In this document: one piece after another, positions 18,084 to 27,863 of the stretch
How the letters are laid out: each line of letters begins with the position of its first letter
How positions within the stretch are numbered: the first letter of the stretch is position 1
NCBI GenBank assembly: GCA_965207885.1
Contig: OZ242311.1
Coordinates: 5,088,001 to 5,152,000 of the forward strand
Length of the DNA: 64,000 nucleotides
Reading direction: 5' to 3'
DNA from: Candidatus Latescibacterota bacterium
Lineage (GTDB): Bacteria > Latescibacterota > UBA2968
Made by a program: the position numbers and the translations under genes
The notes under the pieces: generated by a model
Databases searched by the model: none
The model's input: the letters and a program-made list of their open reading frames with translations, nothing else
Told to the model about the DNA's origin: nothing

Positions 18084-20054
18084 TCAAAAATCATGCACGA
18101 CGTGACCGTGCCCATAAAAAAAGAGATGATCGATCAAAGTCGAAAAAAACACCGCAAAAGCATAGCCCACCATCAAACCAATAAAAAACGGCTGCCCCCT
18201 GCGGTACATTGCAACGCCCCCAAACTTCAGAATAAGCGACTTATAAACCCACACCATAAAAACCGGAAACACCAGACGACGCGCCATATACATACCTTGC
18301 AGCGCCAGACCAACAGCGGGCAAAGGCCACCAGATAAAATTGTACCGCAAAAAAGTCAACAACAACACAATCGCCATCCCAGACCCGGCAAACGTGAGCC
18401 TGTCCCAATCCGGCGGTTGGGGATTTCTGATCCACGTCACGGCTTTTTGATAATTATTCCGAACGCCTGCCACCCTCGTCAACCCCCCCAGATTATATCC
18501 GCCGTGCCGATAGGCAGTATAAACCGTATCGCCGATGGATACGAAAAACCCCAACACCAATGCAATTGCAATCGCACCGATCAAGCGATTCCGCCGAAAC
18601 TTCAACCCACTCGTCAGCTTCAGTGCCTGTGCCAGAGGCGGACCGAGAAACCCGCGCGTCGTGGCAAAAAGCGCATAGATAAACCCCTGACTCACCATAG
18701 AAGGCGCTGAAATCGCACGCGATCCCAAAATATAAATAGGCGCAAAATTCAGCGCCGTATCCGAGATATTCGCATAGGGCAACCCCATCTCAGCCACAAT
18801 CCGGGACAGTCCGATATAAGCTGCCACAGCAAAAAACATATACAGCACCAGCACCTTCAATTCCATACCCGCCAGATGCAACCATCCACCCACAAAAAGA
18901 AGTCCAATTCCCAGACCAAACACCGCCGTGCGATAAGACAACACCTCGCGCGAATCATCCACCTCAGCATCACCCTTAAATGCCTTCCGAAACACCGCCT
19001 TCAAATGACCCCGCGACATCCACAAACTCACCAGCACAATCATCACAAACGCGCCAAAACTCTGAGACCGAACCGCCTCCAGCCCCCCTTGCCCAACAGA
19101 AGACCCCACGCCAAGACGGTCAAACACAGACATCTCTATACCCGTCAAAACAAAAAACACCCAAAAACTGAACAGAGCCTCCACACGCGCAAAATAGGCA
19201 AAACCAATAATATAAATACTGATCTGCACCCAAAACGTCGGCGCGCCATCCATCCAGCGCAACCAACTGGCGGCATTTGGCGTTGTGGGCAAACGCGGTA
19301 TCAAAGGATAAAAAAACGTCACAATATTCCACAAAACAGCTATAGCACCTAAGAAACAGCCAATCTTAAACCCCCGCTGCCGAACCATATGCGCCATACC
19401 CTCCGCATCATCTGACCCGGCAGCCATCTTAATGCTCACATTCATCAGTGGATATTCCAACCGCTCATTTTCCACCCACTGCTTCCGCAAAATCACCATA
19501 ATACACAACGTCAGCCAACCAATTGCAAAAATCAACGACCCCCACCAGAAAATCGGCACCACCCACGCACCCCACGGAATCGGTTGATGCGGTGCAAGCC
19601 CCTCGTAAAACAGCGTAGCCGCCCCATCTTCATTGTGCAAAACAATCCACCTGGGAATATGCTCGTGCAAAAGCTCGCGCCAGCCATTCTCCGGCGTATC
19701 CAGATAAAAGGGCGCCGCAATCACCGTAGGCAAAAAACTCGCCAGACCAAAAAATGGGAAAAACGCCCCAATCAATCCCATACCGAGCGCAACCTGCAAC
19801 TCAGCCTGAGAAAGAGCCCACCTGCTCTTTGCCCGATCAAACGCGATATTTGCCAACACCAGAACCACATACACAAAAAACAGCCCCATCGGCAGATAGG
19901 ACTTATTCATACGAGAAGCCAGATGCAACATGCCCCATGTGATATAGGCATCAGATAGCAGAATGACCACAATACCCACCAAAATAGACTTCAGCGTAAC
20001 AGCTTCTCTTACAAACCGGGTGGGTTCAACAGATGGATGTCTTTCTTGTGCCAT
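18084..20054 (-). CDS. DUF6785/DUF6784-type (OPT-like) multi-pass putative transporter
   Basis: TPENGW, IPWGAWVVP, ILRKQWVENERLEYP, WWPLPAVG, PFFIGLMVG; many TM segments. Confidence 0.78.
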   Translation of the reverse strand: MAQERHPSVEPTRFVREAVTLKSILVGIVVILLSDAYITWGMLHLASRMNKSYLPMGLFFVYVVLVLANIAFDRAKSRWALSQAELQVALGMGLIGAFFPFFGLASFLPTVIAAPFYLDTPENGWRELLHEHIPRWIVLHNEDGAATLFYEGLAPHQPIPWGAWVVPIFWWGSLIFAIGWLTLCIMVILRKQWVENERLEYPLMNVSIKMAAGSDDAEGMAHMVRQRGFKIGCFLGAIAVLWNIVTFFYPLIPRLPTTPNAASWLRWMDGAPTFWVQISIYIIGFAYFARVEALFSFWVFFVLTGIEMSVFDRLGVGSSVGQGGLEAVRSQSFGAFVMIVLVSLWMSRGHLKAVFRKAFKGDAEVDDSREVLSYRTAVFGLGIGLLFVGGWLHLAGMELKVLVLYMFFAVAAYIGLSRIVAEMGLPYANISDTALNFAPIYILGSRAISAPSMVSQGFIYALFATTRGFLGPPLAQALKLTSGLKFRRNRLIGAIAIALVLGFFVSIGDTVYTAYRHGGYNLGGLTRVAGVRNNYQKAVTWIRNPQPPDWDRLTFAGSGMAIVLLLTFLRYNFIWWPLPAVGLALQGMYMARRLVFPVFMVWVYKSLILKFGGVAMYRRGQPFFIGLMVGYAFAVFFSTLIDHLFFYGHGHVVHDF

Positions 20055-20059
20055 AGTAA

Positions 20060-21130
20060 TCAATTCTTATTCAGACAATCGGCGAGGATTGAAAGGATCT
20101 CCGCAACAGCGTCGCGCCTGCGCCAATCAGACATGGACTGACGCAACACATCGCTTTGATCGCACAAATCGCGAATCGCTTTGCAAAGCACATCCGGCGT
20201 AAGCCCCTCTTCTGAAAGCACGAGACTATAACCGGCATTTCGAAAAGCCTCGGCATTCTCGATTTGATCTCCGCGACTGGCTTGCAGGGAAAGGGGGATC
20301 AAAAGCGCGGGTTTTTGAAGCGAGAGAAATTCAAAAAGTGCGGTAGCACCTGCGCGAGAAACAATAAAATCGGCCGCCGCAAAAAGATGAGGCAAGTCAT
20401 CCGCGACATATTCAAACTGCGCGTAGCCTTCGGTCTGTTCAAGAGCCGGGTCGAGATTGCCCTGCCCGCACAGATGACAAATCTGGTAATCGACAAGCAA
20501 CTCGGGGAGAGCAGCGCGAACTGCCGCGTTAATCGCACGCGACCCCAGACTCCCCCCCATAATGAGAATAACGGGTTTCCCAGACGCAAACGCGCACAAA
20601 TCTCGCCCTCCTTGGGCATCTCCATCTCCCAACTCTGCGCGAACGGGAATACCCGTATGAACCGCTTTTTCAGCAGGCAAATATCTGGCTGTCTCCGCAA
20701 AAGCGTAACAAATACGCCGGGCAAATGGAAGAGCGAGCTTATTGGCCAAACCCGGCGTGAGATCCGATTCGTGACACACCACGGGAATACCCAGCAACCA
20801 CGCAGCCCAAATAATAGGCGGCGTAACAAATCCCCCCTTACTAAAAACAATATCGGGTCTAATACGGGCGAGAAGCAACAGCGACTTGAGAAACCCAAAC
20901 TTGATGCGGGCCAGATCAGTAAAATTTTGCCAATCCAGATAGCGGCGGAGTTTGCCTGCGGGAACCGCGTAATAGGGAATGCCCTCCCGCGCGATCAATA
21001 CTTGCTCAATACCGTCCCGCGTGCCGATATAATGCACATCGTATCCAGCATCGCGCAAAGCGGGCAACAGCGCGATATTGGGCGTAACATGCCCGGCAGT
21101 ACCGCCGCCAATGAGGACAATAGTAGGCAA
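20060..21130 (-). CDS. murG: undecaprenyl-PP-MurNAc-pentapeptide GlcNAc transferase MurG
   Basis: GGGTAGHVTP, GKLRRY, KGGFV, HESD, GGSLGS, SRAGA, DQIENA; GGAG RBS before TTG. Confidence 0.92.
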   Translation of the reverse strand: MPTIVLIGGGTAGHVTPNIALLPALRDAGYDVHYIGTRDGIEQVLIAREGIPYYAVPAGKLRRYLDWQNFTDLARIKFGFLKSLLLLARIRPDIVFSKGGFVTPPIIWAAWLLGIPVVCHESDLTPGLANKLALPFARRICYAFAETARYLPAEKAVHTGIPVRAELGDGDAQGGRDLCAFASGKPVILIMGGSLGSRAINAAVRAALPELLVDYQICHLCGQGNLDPALEQTEGYAQFEYVADDLPHLFAAADFIVSRAGATALFEFLSLQKPALLIPLSLQASRGDQIENAEAFRNAGYSLVLSEEGLTPDVLCKAIRDLCDQSDVLRQSMSDWRRRDAVAEILSILADCLNKN

Positions 21131-21159
21131 GAAAAACTCCTATATGGTCGGAATCGTTA

Positions 21160-22110
21160 TCACGCAAAAATATCGGCCATGGCATTTGGTTCGTGCCACT
21201 GGCGTTGTTCTTCGATCCACTTGTGCGGCTTAAACGCCCTGGCAACATCTTCTATAGCAGTTCCGAGAATATTGATATTGTTGAGATCGGTCACACCAAT
21301 GCCGAGTTGATTGGCATAATAGAGCAACCCCTGCTTGGCGGGTTCAAAACCCATAACACTGGTCATAACCGCATCCACAGCAAAAACATCTACACTCGCC
21401 GCGGCAACGCCCAGATCAACCGAATCCGTCCCCCCGGGACCATTGCCCTGCAAACCGACAGTACCATCGATCACGCCGATATCCGGTGCCAGATATTTGG
21501 CGAGCCGAATAAGATTGACATTGAGTCGTTTGGACTCATTGGGACGCAAGCGTTCTGGATGCGAGGGAAACCCGTGCATCTTAACGCGGTCCACTTTGCG
21601 TATCGTACCCATAATCATATTCTTGAGCGCGAGCGTAACAACCGTGACATCGTGTGTCTTAGCTACCGCCATTGAAATCGTACAGGGACACTCCAGCACG
21701 GTCTTGGGCATGTGTATATCGTATTCAGTGCGGTCATCGAGGAAAATCGGCACAGACTCCCATCGGGTCTCAGAATTGAGATCAATGAGCCGAATGGGAA
21801 CATCGTATTCCTCTATCAAAGCGTGATACCCAAAATTGTCAAAAGCCTCTCCCGGAATATCTTCATTACCCCCCTCGGCAATGAGAATCTCATCCGGAGG
21901 ATTGGGCGTGGTAAGCAAAAAATCAATAGCCCCTCGCATCGCATCGGGATGAGAAGACGCCAGTTGATTTTTAGATGAAAGAAAATTGGGCTTGAGCATC
22001 ACCTGCTCAGCCAGCTTGGGAATTACATCATCGCGGATGAGATCGAGAGAGCCAAATACATTCTGGCGGTGATTCTCGCGGCGGGCAAGACCAACATTAA
22101 TTCTGGACAT
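21160..22110 (-). CDS. DUF362-domain protein
   Basis: VMLKPN, AKTH..VTLALKNM, IDGTVGLQGNGP, D..AVDAV. Confidence 0.85.
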   Translation of the reverse strand: MSRINVGLARRENHRQNVFGSLDLIRDDVIPKLAEQVMLKPNFLSSKNQLASSHPDAMRGAIDFLLTTPNPPDEILIAEGGNEDIPGEAFDNFGYHALIEEYDVPIRLIDLNSETRWESVPIFLDDRTEYDIHMPKTVLECPCTISMAVAKTHDVTVVTLALKNMIMGTIRKVDRVKMHGFPSHPERLRPNESKRLNVNLIRLAKYLAPDIGVIDGTVGLQGNGPGGTDSVDLGVAAASVDVFAVDAVMTSVMGFEPAKQGLLYYANQLGIGVTDLNNINILGTAIEDVARAFKPHKWIEEQRQWHEPNAMADIFA

Positions 22111-22138
22111 AAGAAACTCCTTTTATTGATTGCTGAAT

Positions 22139-23881
22139 CTATCTCTCCCATGGAAACGCAAAAGTGGGCGAATTGACATAGCGTTCTGTTTTAAGTGCAA
22201 ATCGCGCGCCACAGCCGGGACCAAGGCGAACGGACATCCACGATGCGTCGAGATCAGATGTACTGCCATCGACCTCCGCAGCAATAATCTGGTGTTCGGC
22301 ATAAGCACCGCCCTGGATAATGAGATCGCGGTATTCGGTCTGATTGACATTCACGAGTGATAACACAACACCATCCGCGGTCAGCGACTCGACGAGAGCA
22401 GCCACATCAGACGGCAACCCGGGACGGCGATTTTCGGGATCAAAATAACGCACGCGACAATGCAGGGGTTCGCCGTGACGCGGTGCCAGACCACCCAGTT
22501 GGAGTTGGATAAGCGCATTCACAGTAGTTGCGGGATTGTACGGCAATGGATCGTCGGACAACCGGGTATCCGTAGAAGACGTATCATTGCGCACATTTTC
22601 CATCTTCCCGCGAATCGCGCTCAACGCATTTCGCAAGGTACGCGCAGGATGATCGGGATTATCTCCTCGCAGATAGTCTATCCATGGATCTGCGGAAATG
22701 TACTCAAGATCGGCATCATCCATTGTCCAGTAATACACATCGAGCGCACCCTGATTAAAGGGCTGGGAGCTATAGCTATACCAACCATCGTCCCCGTGCA
22801 TATGCGGATATTGTATTTCCCCATCGACATCCTTGCTATTGCTATTCACCGCATTGATCATAGTGCGCCAGACAATGGGATATTTCTGATCACCCGTCAT
22901 AAGCAAAGCATTGCCAAACCCCGCAACACCGCGTGCTATGGAATTGCGGTTAGCCAGATCCCCCGTTTGCGGCACAACCACGGTAAATCCCCATCCGTAA
23001 CAGCCGCCATACCATTTGCCATCACATGCACCGCCAATCGTACCGTCAAGACCGATATTGGACGGGATAATACCATTATTCTCAGCCGCACGCTCAGCCC
23101 ACGCATCCACGTATCCCAGCAACCATGAGCGGTATTTCTCCTCACCAGCCAGCGCAAAAGCATTGAGACCCAGCGTAGTCGCCGCCAGATTCAGGGGATG
23201 ATCGCCAATCACATCGGTATAATCTTCAAAATGCATAAGCATCTCTTCAAAATTGCGCTCACCGTGGCGCGGCGCGGGAAAGCGCCCCTCGACCTCAAAG
23301 GGATCCCCTGCCCAATCCAGCCCCGTGGCTTTCCGCAACAAAGGTCCCCGACTGCCATTGAAAAGACTACGGATTACTTTGTGCTCGGGATCGTAATTCT
23401 TCGCCTGTGGATCTTCATCCATATAAAAACCAGCGTACCGACGCACGCGATGACCAAAAGTAACCTCATGCGGATCGGACAGACCCTGCAAATTAAAAAT
23501 AGTGAGCGATTCCCCGTGATGGAACCAATCGAAGCATGCGGGAAACTCCTTGTAATACATACCGTCACGCCCGATAGGCACAACCTCGGTCTTCGCCTCG
23601 GAATACTGTTCGATATGCCCTTCCCACGCCTGCTTGTAAAGATCGAGAATATGCGTTGGTCCACCCAGCGTATGTACCATCGAATACCCGGTAAGATTTT
23701 CTATCGCATCATCTGGCCCATCATTACCCCCCCACCGCGGAATGCACTTGAGATACCCCCGACTATCGAAATACCGATGATAAAAAACCTCGCACGCCGT
23801 AGCCTGCGCGCGCATCAGTTCGCGTTGCAAAAGTGCCCACTCAGGAGGGGCAACAGGTGACGTAATATGTAAAACAGACAT
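22139..23881 (-). CDS. conserved hypothetical protein (about 580 aa)
   Basis: PPEWALLQR, RWGGNDGPDDAIEN, DWFHHGE, RYFDP.RRPGLP.DVAALV; strongly protein-like, function unknown. Confidence 0.75.
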   Translation of the reverse strand: MSVLHITSPVAPPEWALLQRELMRAQATACEVFYHRYFDSRGYLKCIPRWGGNDGPDDAIENLTGYSMVHTLGGPTHILDLYKQAWEGHIEQYSEAKTEVVPIGRDGMYYKEFPACFDWFHHGESLTIFNLQGLSDPHEVTFGHRVRRYAGFYMDEDPQAKNYDPEHKVIRSLFNGSRGPLLRKATGLDWAGDPFEVEGRFPAPRHGERNFEEMLMHFEDYTDVIGDHPLNLAATTLGLNAFALAGEEKYRSWLLGYVDAWAERAAENNGIIPSNIGLDGTIGGACDGKWYGGCYGWGFTVVVPQTGDLANRNSIARGVAGFGNALLMTGDQKYPIVWRTMINAVNSNSKDVDGEIQYPHMHGDDGWYSYSSQPFNQGALDVYYWTMDDADLEYISADPWIDYLRGDNPDHPARTLRNALSAIRGKMENVRNDTSSTDTRLSDDPLPYNPATTVNALIQLQLGGLAPRHGEPLHCRVRYFDPENRRPGLPSDVAALVESLTADGVVLSLVNVNQTEYRDLIIQGGAYAEHQIIAAEVDGSTSDLDASWMSVRLGPGCGARFALKTERYVNSPTFAFPWER

Positions 23882-23891
23882 AAGACACTCC

Positions 23892-24821
23892 TCATTTTTC
23901 CCACGCGAGAGAATAATCGCGTTCTTCGGGCCTGGGATGACCCCCAGGACCATATCCCGCGTTAGATTGCGATTCTTCAGTTAGAGGAATAAATGTATGG
24001 GTTATACCAGCGTCTGTCACGTCAAAACGATAGAAGCCCAACGTAGGATCGCCATCATCCCATCGGTCAGCCGCCTGGGGCATCGCTATACCCGCGCAGC
24101 GGTAAAAGGAAATCCCCTCAACAACCTGGGGCGGACGGCGGCAGTGAATATGTCCACTCAAAACAATGGACACATCGGACTCTTTAAAAGCCTCAAAAAT
24201 GCGCTGTCTGTGCGGCGGATCAATCGAAAAATACCAGTCCCGGTACTCGTCCGCTTTTGTAATATCCCACTTGGGTTCGTCAAGCGTATCCATAAAAAGA
24301 GTATAATGCATCGTCACAACGTGATGCGCCGCACGAGGCAGAGACGGCAACTCACTTTCGAGCCAGTGCCACATGCGCGCCTCATGGGGCAATTCCGAAC
24401 CAGCCACAGCAGCATAAAATCCGCTAAAGCGCACATTCTTATGAATAAAGCTCCAGGGAAAATCGCCGAAAAAGGGCACAAACCGATCCAGCTGCTCGGC
24501 GGTGACATTCAGGCGAATATCTTCGCGCCCGGTAGCACCATTTTTATCGGTATGCTTGTTGCACGTATCCATATTGCCGGGAATCGCATAATACGGATAA
24601 GACAAAGCATCGAGCTCGCGCTTGGCAACTTCATACTCAAAGTCGTGGAGCGCCCCATCCCGCGTGAGATCGCCACCTACGAGCATCAGATCGACATCGG
24701 TAATACCTTGAATCTGTCGGTAAGCCGTCTGCCAATTGTCCATATTTCGCTGATTGAAGCGAAAAGACCGGGGCGAACCGGGCTGCATATCGCAGATATG
24801 GAGAAAAGACCAGGGTTCCAT
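23892..24821 (-). CDS. calcineurin-like metallophosphoesterase
   Basis: HICD, GGDLT, PGNMD, MH, SGHIH motifs. Confidence 0.85.
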   Translation of the reverse strand: MEPWSFLHICDMQPGSPRSFRFNQRNMDNWQTAYRQIQGITDVDLMLVGGDLTRDGALHDFEYEVAKRELDALSYPYYAIPGNMDTCNKHTDKNGATGREDIRLNVTAEQLDRFVPFFGDFPWSFIHKNVRFSGFYAAVAGSELPHEARMWHWLESELPSLPRAAHHVVTMHYTLFMDTLDEPKWDITKADEYRDWYFSIDPPHRQRIFEAFKESDVSIVLSGHIHCRRPPQVVEGISFYRCAGIAMPQAADRWDDGDPTLGFYRFDVTDAGITHTFIPLTEESQSNAGYGPGGHPRPEERDYSLAWEK

Positions 24822-24935
24822 GGTGTCTCCTTTGGATAACTATTTGTAACGTTTCGCGTTCACGGATCAAAATTATGAATGGCTCTCCAGCCTTGTCAAC
24901 GACTTTCACGCACGCGGTCGCAAACAGCTATTAAT

Positions 24936-24974
24936 AAAAATGCCCCGGCATCAACTATGCCAGGGCATTTTTTT
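24936..24974. terminator. bidirectional intrinsic terminator
   Basis: AAAAATGCCCCGGCAT-CAACT-ATGCCAGGGCATTTTT hairpin with A and T tracts on both sides. Confidence 0.75.
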
Positions 24975-25025
24975 ATGCGTGAGTGGCAAACCTCTTTGAC
25001 TCAAACGTGTAAAACAGGCAGAAAA

Positions 25026-25274
25026 TCACTCCTCATTTTGTTCCTCTTCTCGAATGGCTTCAAGTTCTGAAATTGCTTCGAGATCTTTGGGTCTGCCTGC
25101 CGCTCGCTTAACACGACGCCCGGCTTTTCTCAACTCCTGTGCAAAACGTTGGAGCTCCATCGCATTTTGCAGCCGTTCTTCATGAGAAAGTTTGAGATTC
25201 TTGCGAATAAGTGTTCGATCAACGTCCTTTTTGTACAACTCTATAACAGGATCGAGTCCGCTCGAATGGTTCAT
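25026..25274 (-). pseudogene. probable fusion remnant: small helical protein joined to a nucleotidyltransferase C-terminal tail
   Basis: DPVIELYKKDVDRTLIRKNLKLSHEERL followed directly by KRAAGRPKDLEAISEL, with no catalytic core. Confidence 0.5.
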
Positions 25275-25291
25275 CTTTTTCCCCTTTTGTG

Positions 25292-25354
25292 GATTGTGAC
25301 TCTTCCGGCAGCAAAATAAATGTAGGGATTATACCAGCATCTGTCACGGCAAAA
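25292..25354. repeat. 63-bp degenerate direct copy of 23965-24027
   Basis: Ungapped hand alignment, 51/63 identities. Confidence 0.8.
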
Positions 25355-25423
25355 GGTGATTCTAAAATTCAAGTTGTGAACAACGGCGCAATACTGCGTA
25401 ACATCCGTTTAAGCTGTTGTAGT

Positions 25424-26206
25424 TTATGAATATTTTGTACCAAAAATTCTGGCAAAGATAAGGAAATCGAAAAAATTAATAATACCATCCCCGCTCATAT
25501 CCATACGGGCATCGTAATTGGCATCTGATGAAGACACGCCAAAAACGCCAACAAAGGCGAGAAAATCGGCAAAATCAACGTTGAGGTCGCCATCGAAATC
25601 GCCCAAATAGGATGTAGGGACAGTCGAAACATTCCACAGCAGAACGGTGTTATCATTACTCCCACTGGCAAGAATGCTACCATTGGGCGAAAAAGACACG
25701 GAACCGACACTCCTCCCATGTCTATGTGTTGCCTTGAGTTGGCCGGTATTCACATCCCAAAATTGAGTGGTGGAATCACTACTCGCGCTGGCGAGGGTAC
25801 TACCATCAGAAGAAAAAGACATGGAATAGACACCACCAGTATGCCATGTGAGTATTGTTCTGGTTTTTCCTGTGAGTGTATCCCACAACCGAACGGTTTT
25901 ATCCTCACTCCTACTGGCGATGGTGCTACCATCAGGAGAAAAGGACACAGAATAGACTTTACCAGTATGCCCTGTACCTGTAAGTAAGTGGATTTCGGCA
26001 CCGGTCCGTGCATCATATAGCCCAATACCGGCTTCACCTGCTACTGCGAGCCAGGTGCCATCTGGCGAATACGCGATATCAGATACACGGCCAAGGCCAA
26101 GACCGAGGCATCCTTTTGCCCCTTCAGGCAATTGGACATGGTCGGCATGGGCAGTTGTGAGACACAGCATGGAAATGATAGCAGCTAAAAATGGCAGACG
26201 TTTCAT
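25424..26206 (-). CDS. secreted WD40-repeat protein with C-terminal dockerin/EF-hand-like module
   Basis: Signal peptide MKRLPFLAAIISMLCLTTAHA, LPEGAK motif, about 4 WD repeats (SFSPDG..AS.S.D.T..LWD), GDFDGDLNVDFADF and DMSGDGIINFFDF. Confidence 0.82.
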   Translation of the reverse strand: MKRLPFLAAIISMLCLTTAHADHVQLPEGAKGCLGLGLGRVSDIAYSPDGTWLAVAGEAGIGLYDARTGAEIHLLTGTGHTGKVYSVSFSPDGSTIASRSEDKTVRLWDTLTGKTRTILTWHTGGVYSMSFSSDGSTLASASSDSTTQFWDVNTGQLKATHRHGRSVGSVSFSPNGSILASGSNDNTVLLWNVSTVPTSYLGDFDGDLNVDFADFLAFVGVFGVSSSDANYDARMDMSGDGIINFFDFLIFARIFGTKYS

Positions 26207-27863
26207 AATGTGATTCTCCGCGCAACTTGCACTACTTTTGAGACTTAAAAAACCGCAACGTATCTGCTGGCGTATTGGGCGCAACACCTTCGGGCAGAAC
26301 GAGAGTGACAGCCCCATCAGAAGTATCGGCAATACCGCTCCGCAAATTCACAGTATGCGCGGCAACTTCTGCAGGCGTGATAAAGTCCCGCGACGGTTTA
26401 CCTATACTTTTCATAAACGCAGCCCATATCGGTGCAGCACCACTCCCGCCGGTAATCTGGCGTCTGCTCCTCTTCTCGATCAGCCTGCGGCCACCCTCGC
26501 GGTTGTCAAAACCAATCCACACACTGGCGACCAGGTCGGGTGTAAAACCCGTGAACCAGGCATCCGTATTGTCATTTGTAGTCCCAGTTTTCCCCGCAGC
26601 AGCACCCTGAAACCCAAACGCGCGAATCGCGCGACCCGTGCCGTGGTTGACAACATGCTGCATCAAATTGACCATAATCACCGCATGTTCGGGATCGACA
26701 ACGAGCATGGGATTTGGTCGATGCTCATAGTGTATTTCCCCTGTAGTATCCTCAATCCGCGCAATAAACGTCGGCATCACGCGAAAACCGTAAAGGGCAA
26801 TCGCGCCATAGGCAACCGCCATATCGAGCAACGTAACTTCCTGTGCGCCCAGGGCAATACTGGGATACGGTCTGAGCCGACTCTGAATACCCAGACGCTG
26901 AGCCAGATCGACAATGCGTTCGGGACCTATCTCCATTGCAATTTGCACACTCGTCGCATTTGCCGACTTGACCAGTGCATTCGCCGCAGTGGTAAGCCCC
27001 AGATACTGGTCTGCAAAATTCCTGGGCGACCAGTCCTCATCGTTTACGCGATAGGTGCGCAACGTATCATTAAAAAGAGAAACCGGCGAAAAAGCACCGC
27101 TTTCAAAAGCCGCCAGATACACAAAAGGCTTAAAACCCGAACCCGGTTGACGCCGCGCTTGCGTGGCCCGGTTGTAATAACTGATAAAAATATCGCGCCC
27201 ACCCACCATCGCTTTGACATATCCAGTGCGCGGATCCAGGCAGATCAACGCACCCTGGACATAATCGGCGCGCTGATCAGATGATGCACTGCCATACTCT
27301 GAAAAACCCAGACGCGCATCCAGATCCGCCAAACCCCTGGCCACGGCTCGTTCGGCAGCCTGTTGCATAGACAAATCGAGCGTCGTATAAATATTCAAAC
27401 CGCCAAAACTCAGCGCCGACGCCCCCCACAGGCGTGTAACCTCGGCTTTAATCGTCTCGACAAAGTACGGAGTCCGATTCTGGGGCATACGTCCAGAAAC
27501 GAGTTTCAAATCCGAAGCCAGTGCATCCTGGACTTCCTCTGAACGAATAAAACCCAATGCCTGCATGCGGTTTAAAACGAGCGTAGCACGCGCCAGAACG
27601 CGAGATTGGTCTTTGCGAAAAGGATTGAGCACACTCGGCGCATTGGGAAGCCCTGCAAGTATTGCAGATTCGAGAAGCGTAAGATCCGCGGCGCGCTTGC
27701 CAAAATAAGTCTGCGCTGCATCGGCAATACCATAAGCATTGGCACCGTAAAAACTGCCATTGATATAAATCTCGAACAATCGGTCTTTATAGCCCGCACC
27801 ATAGTGGCGTTCAAAAAGGGCTTCGAGTTGTGTAGCGAGAAGAATTTCTTTTAACTTTCGCAC

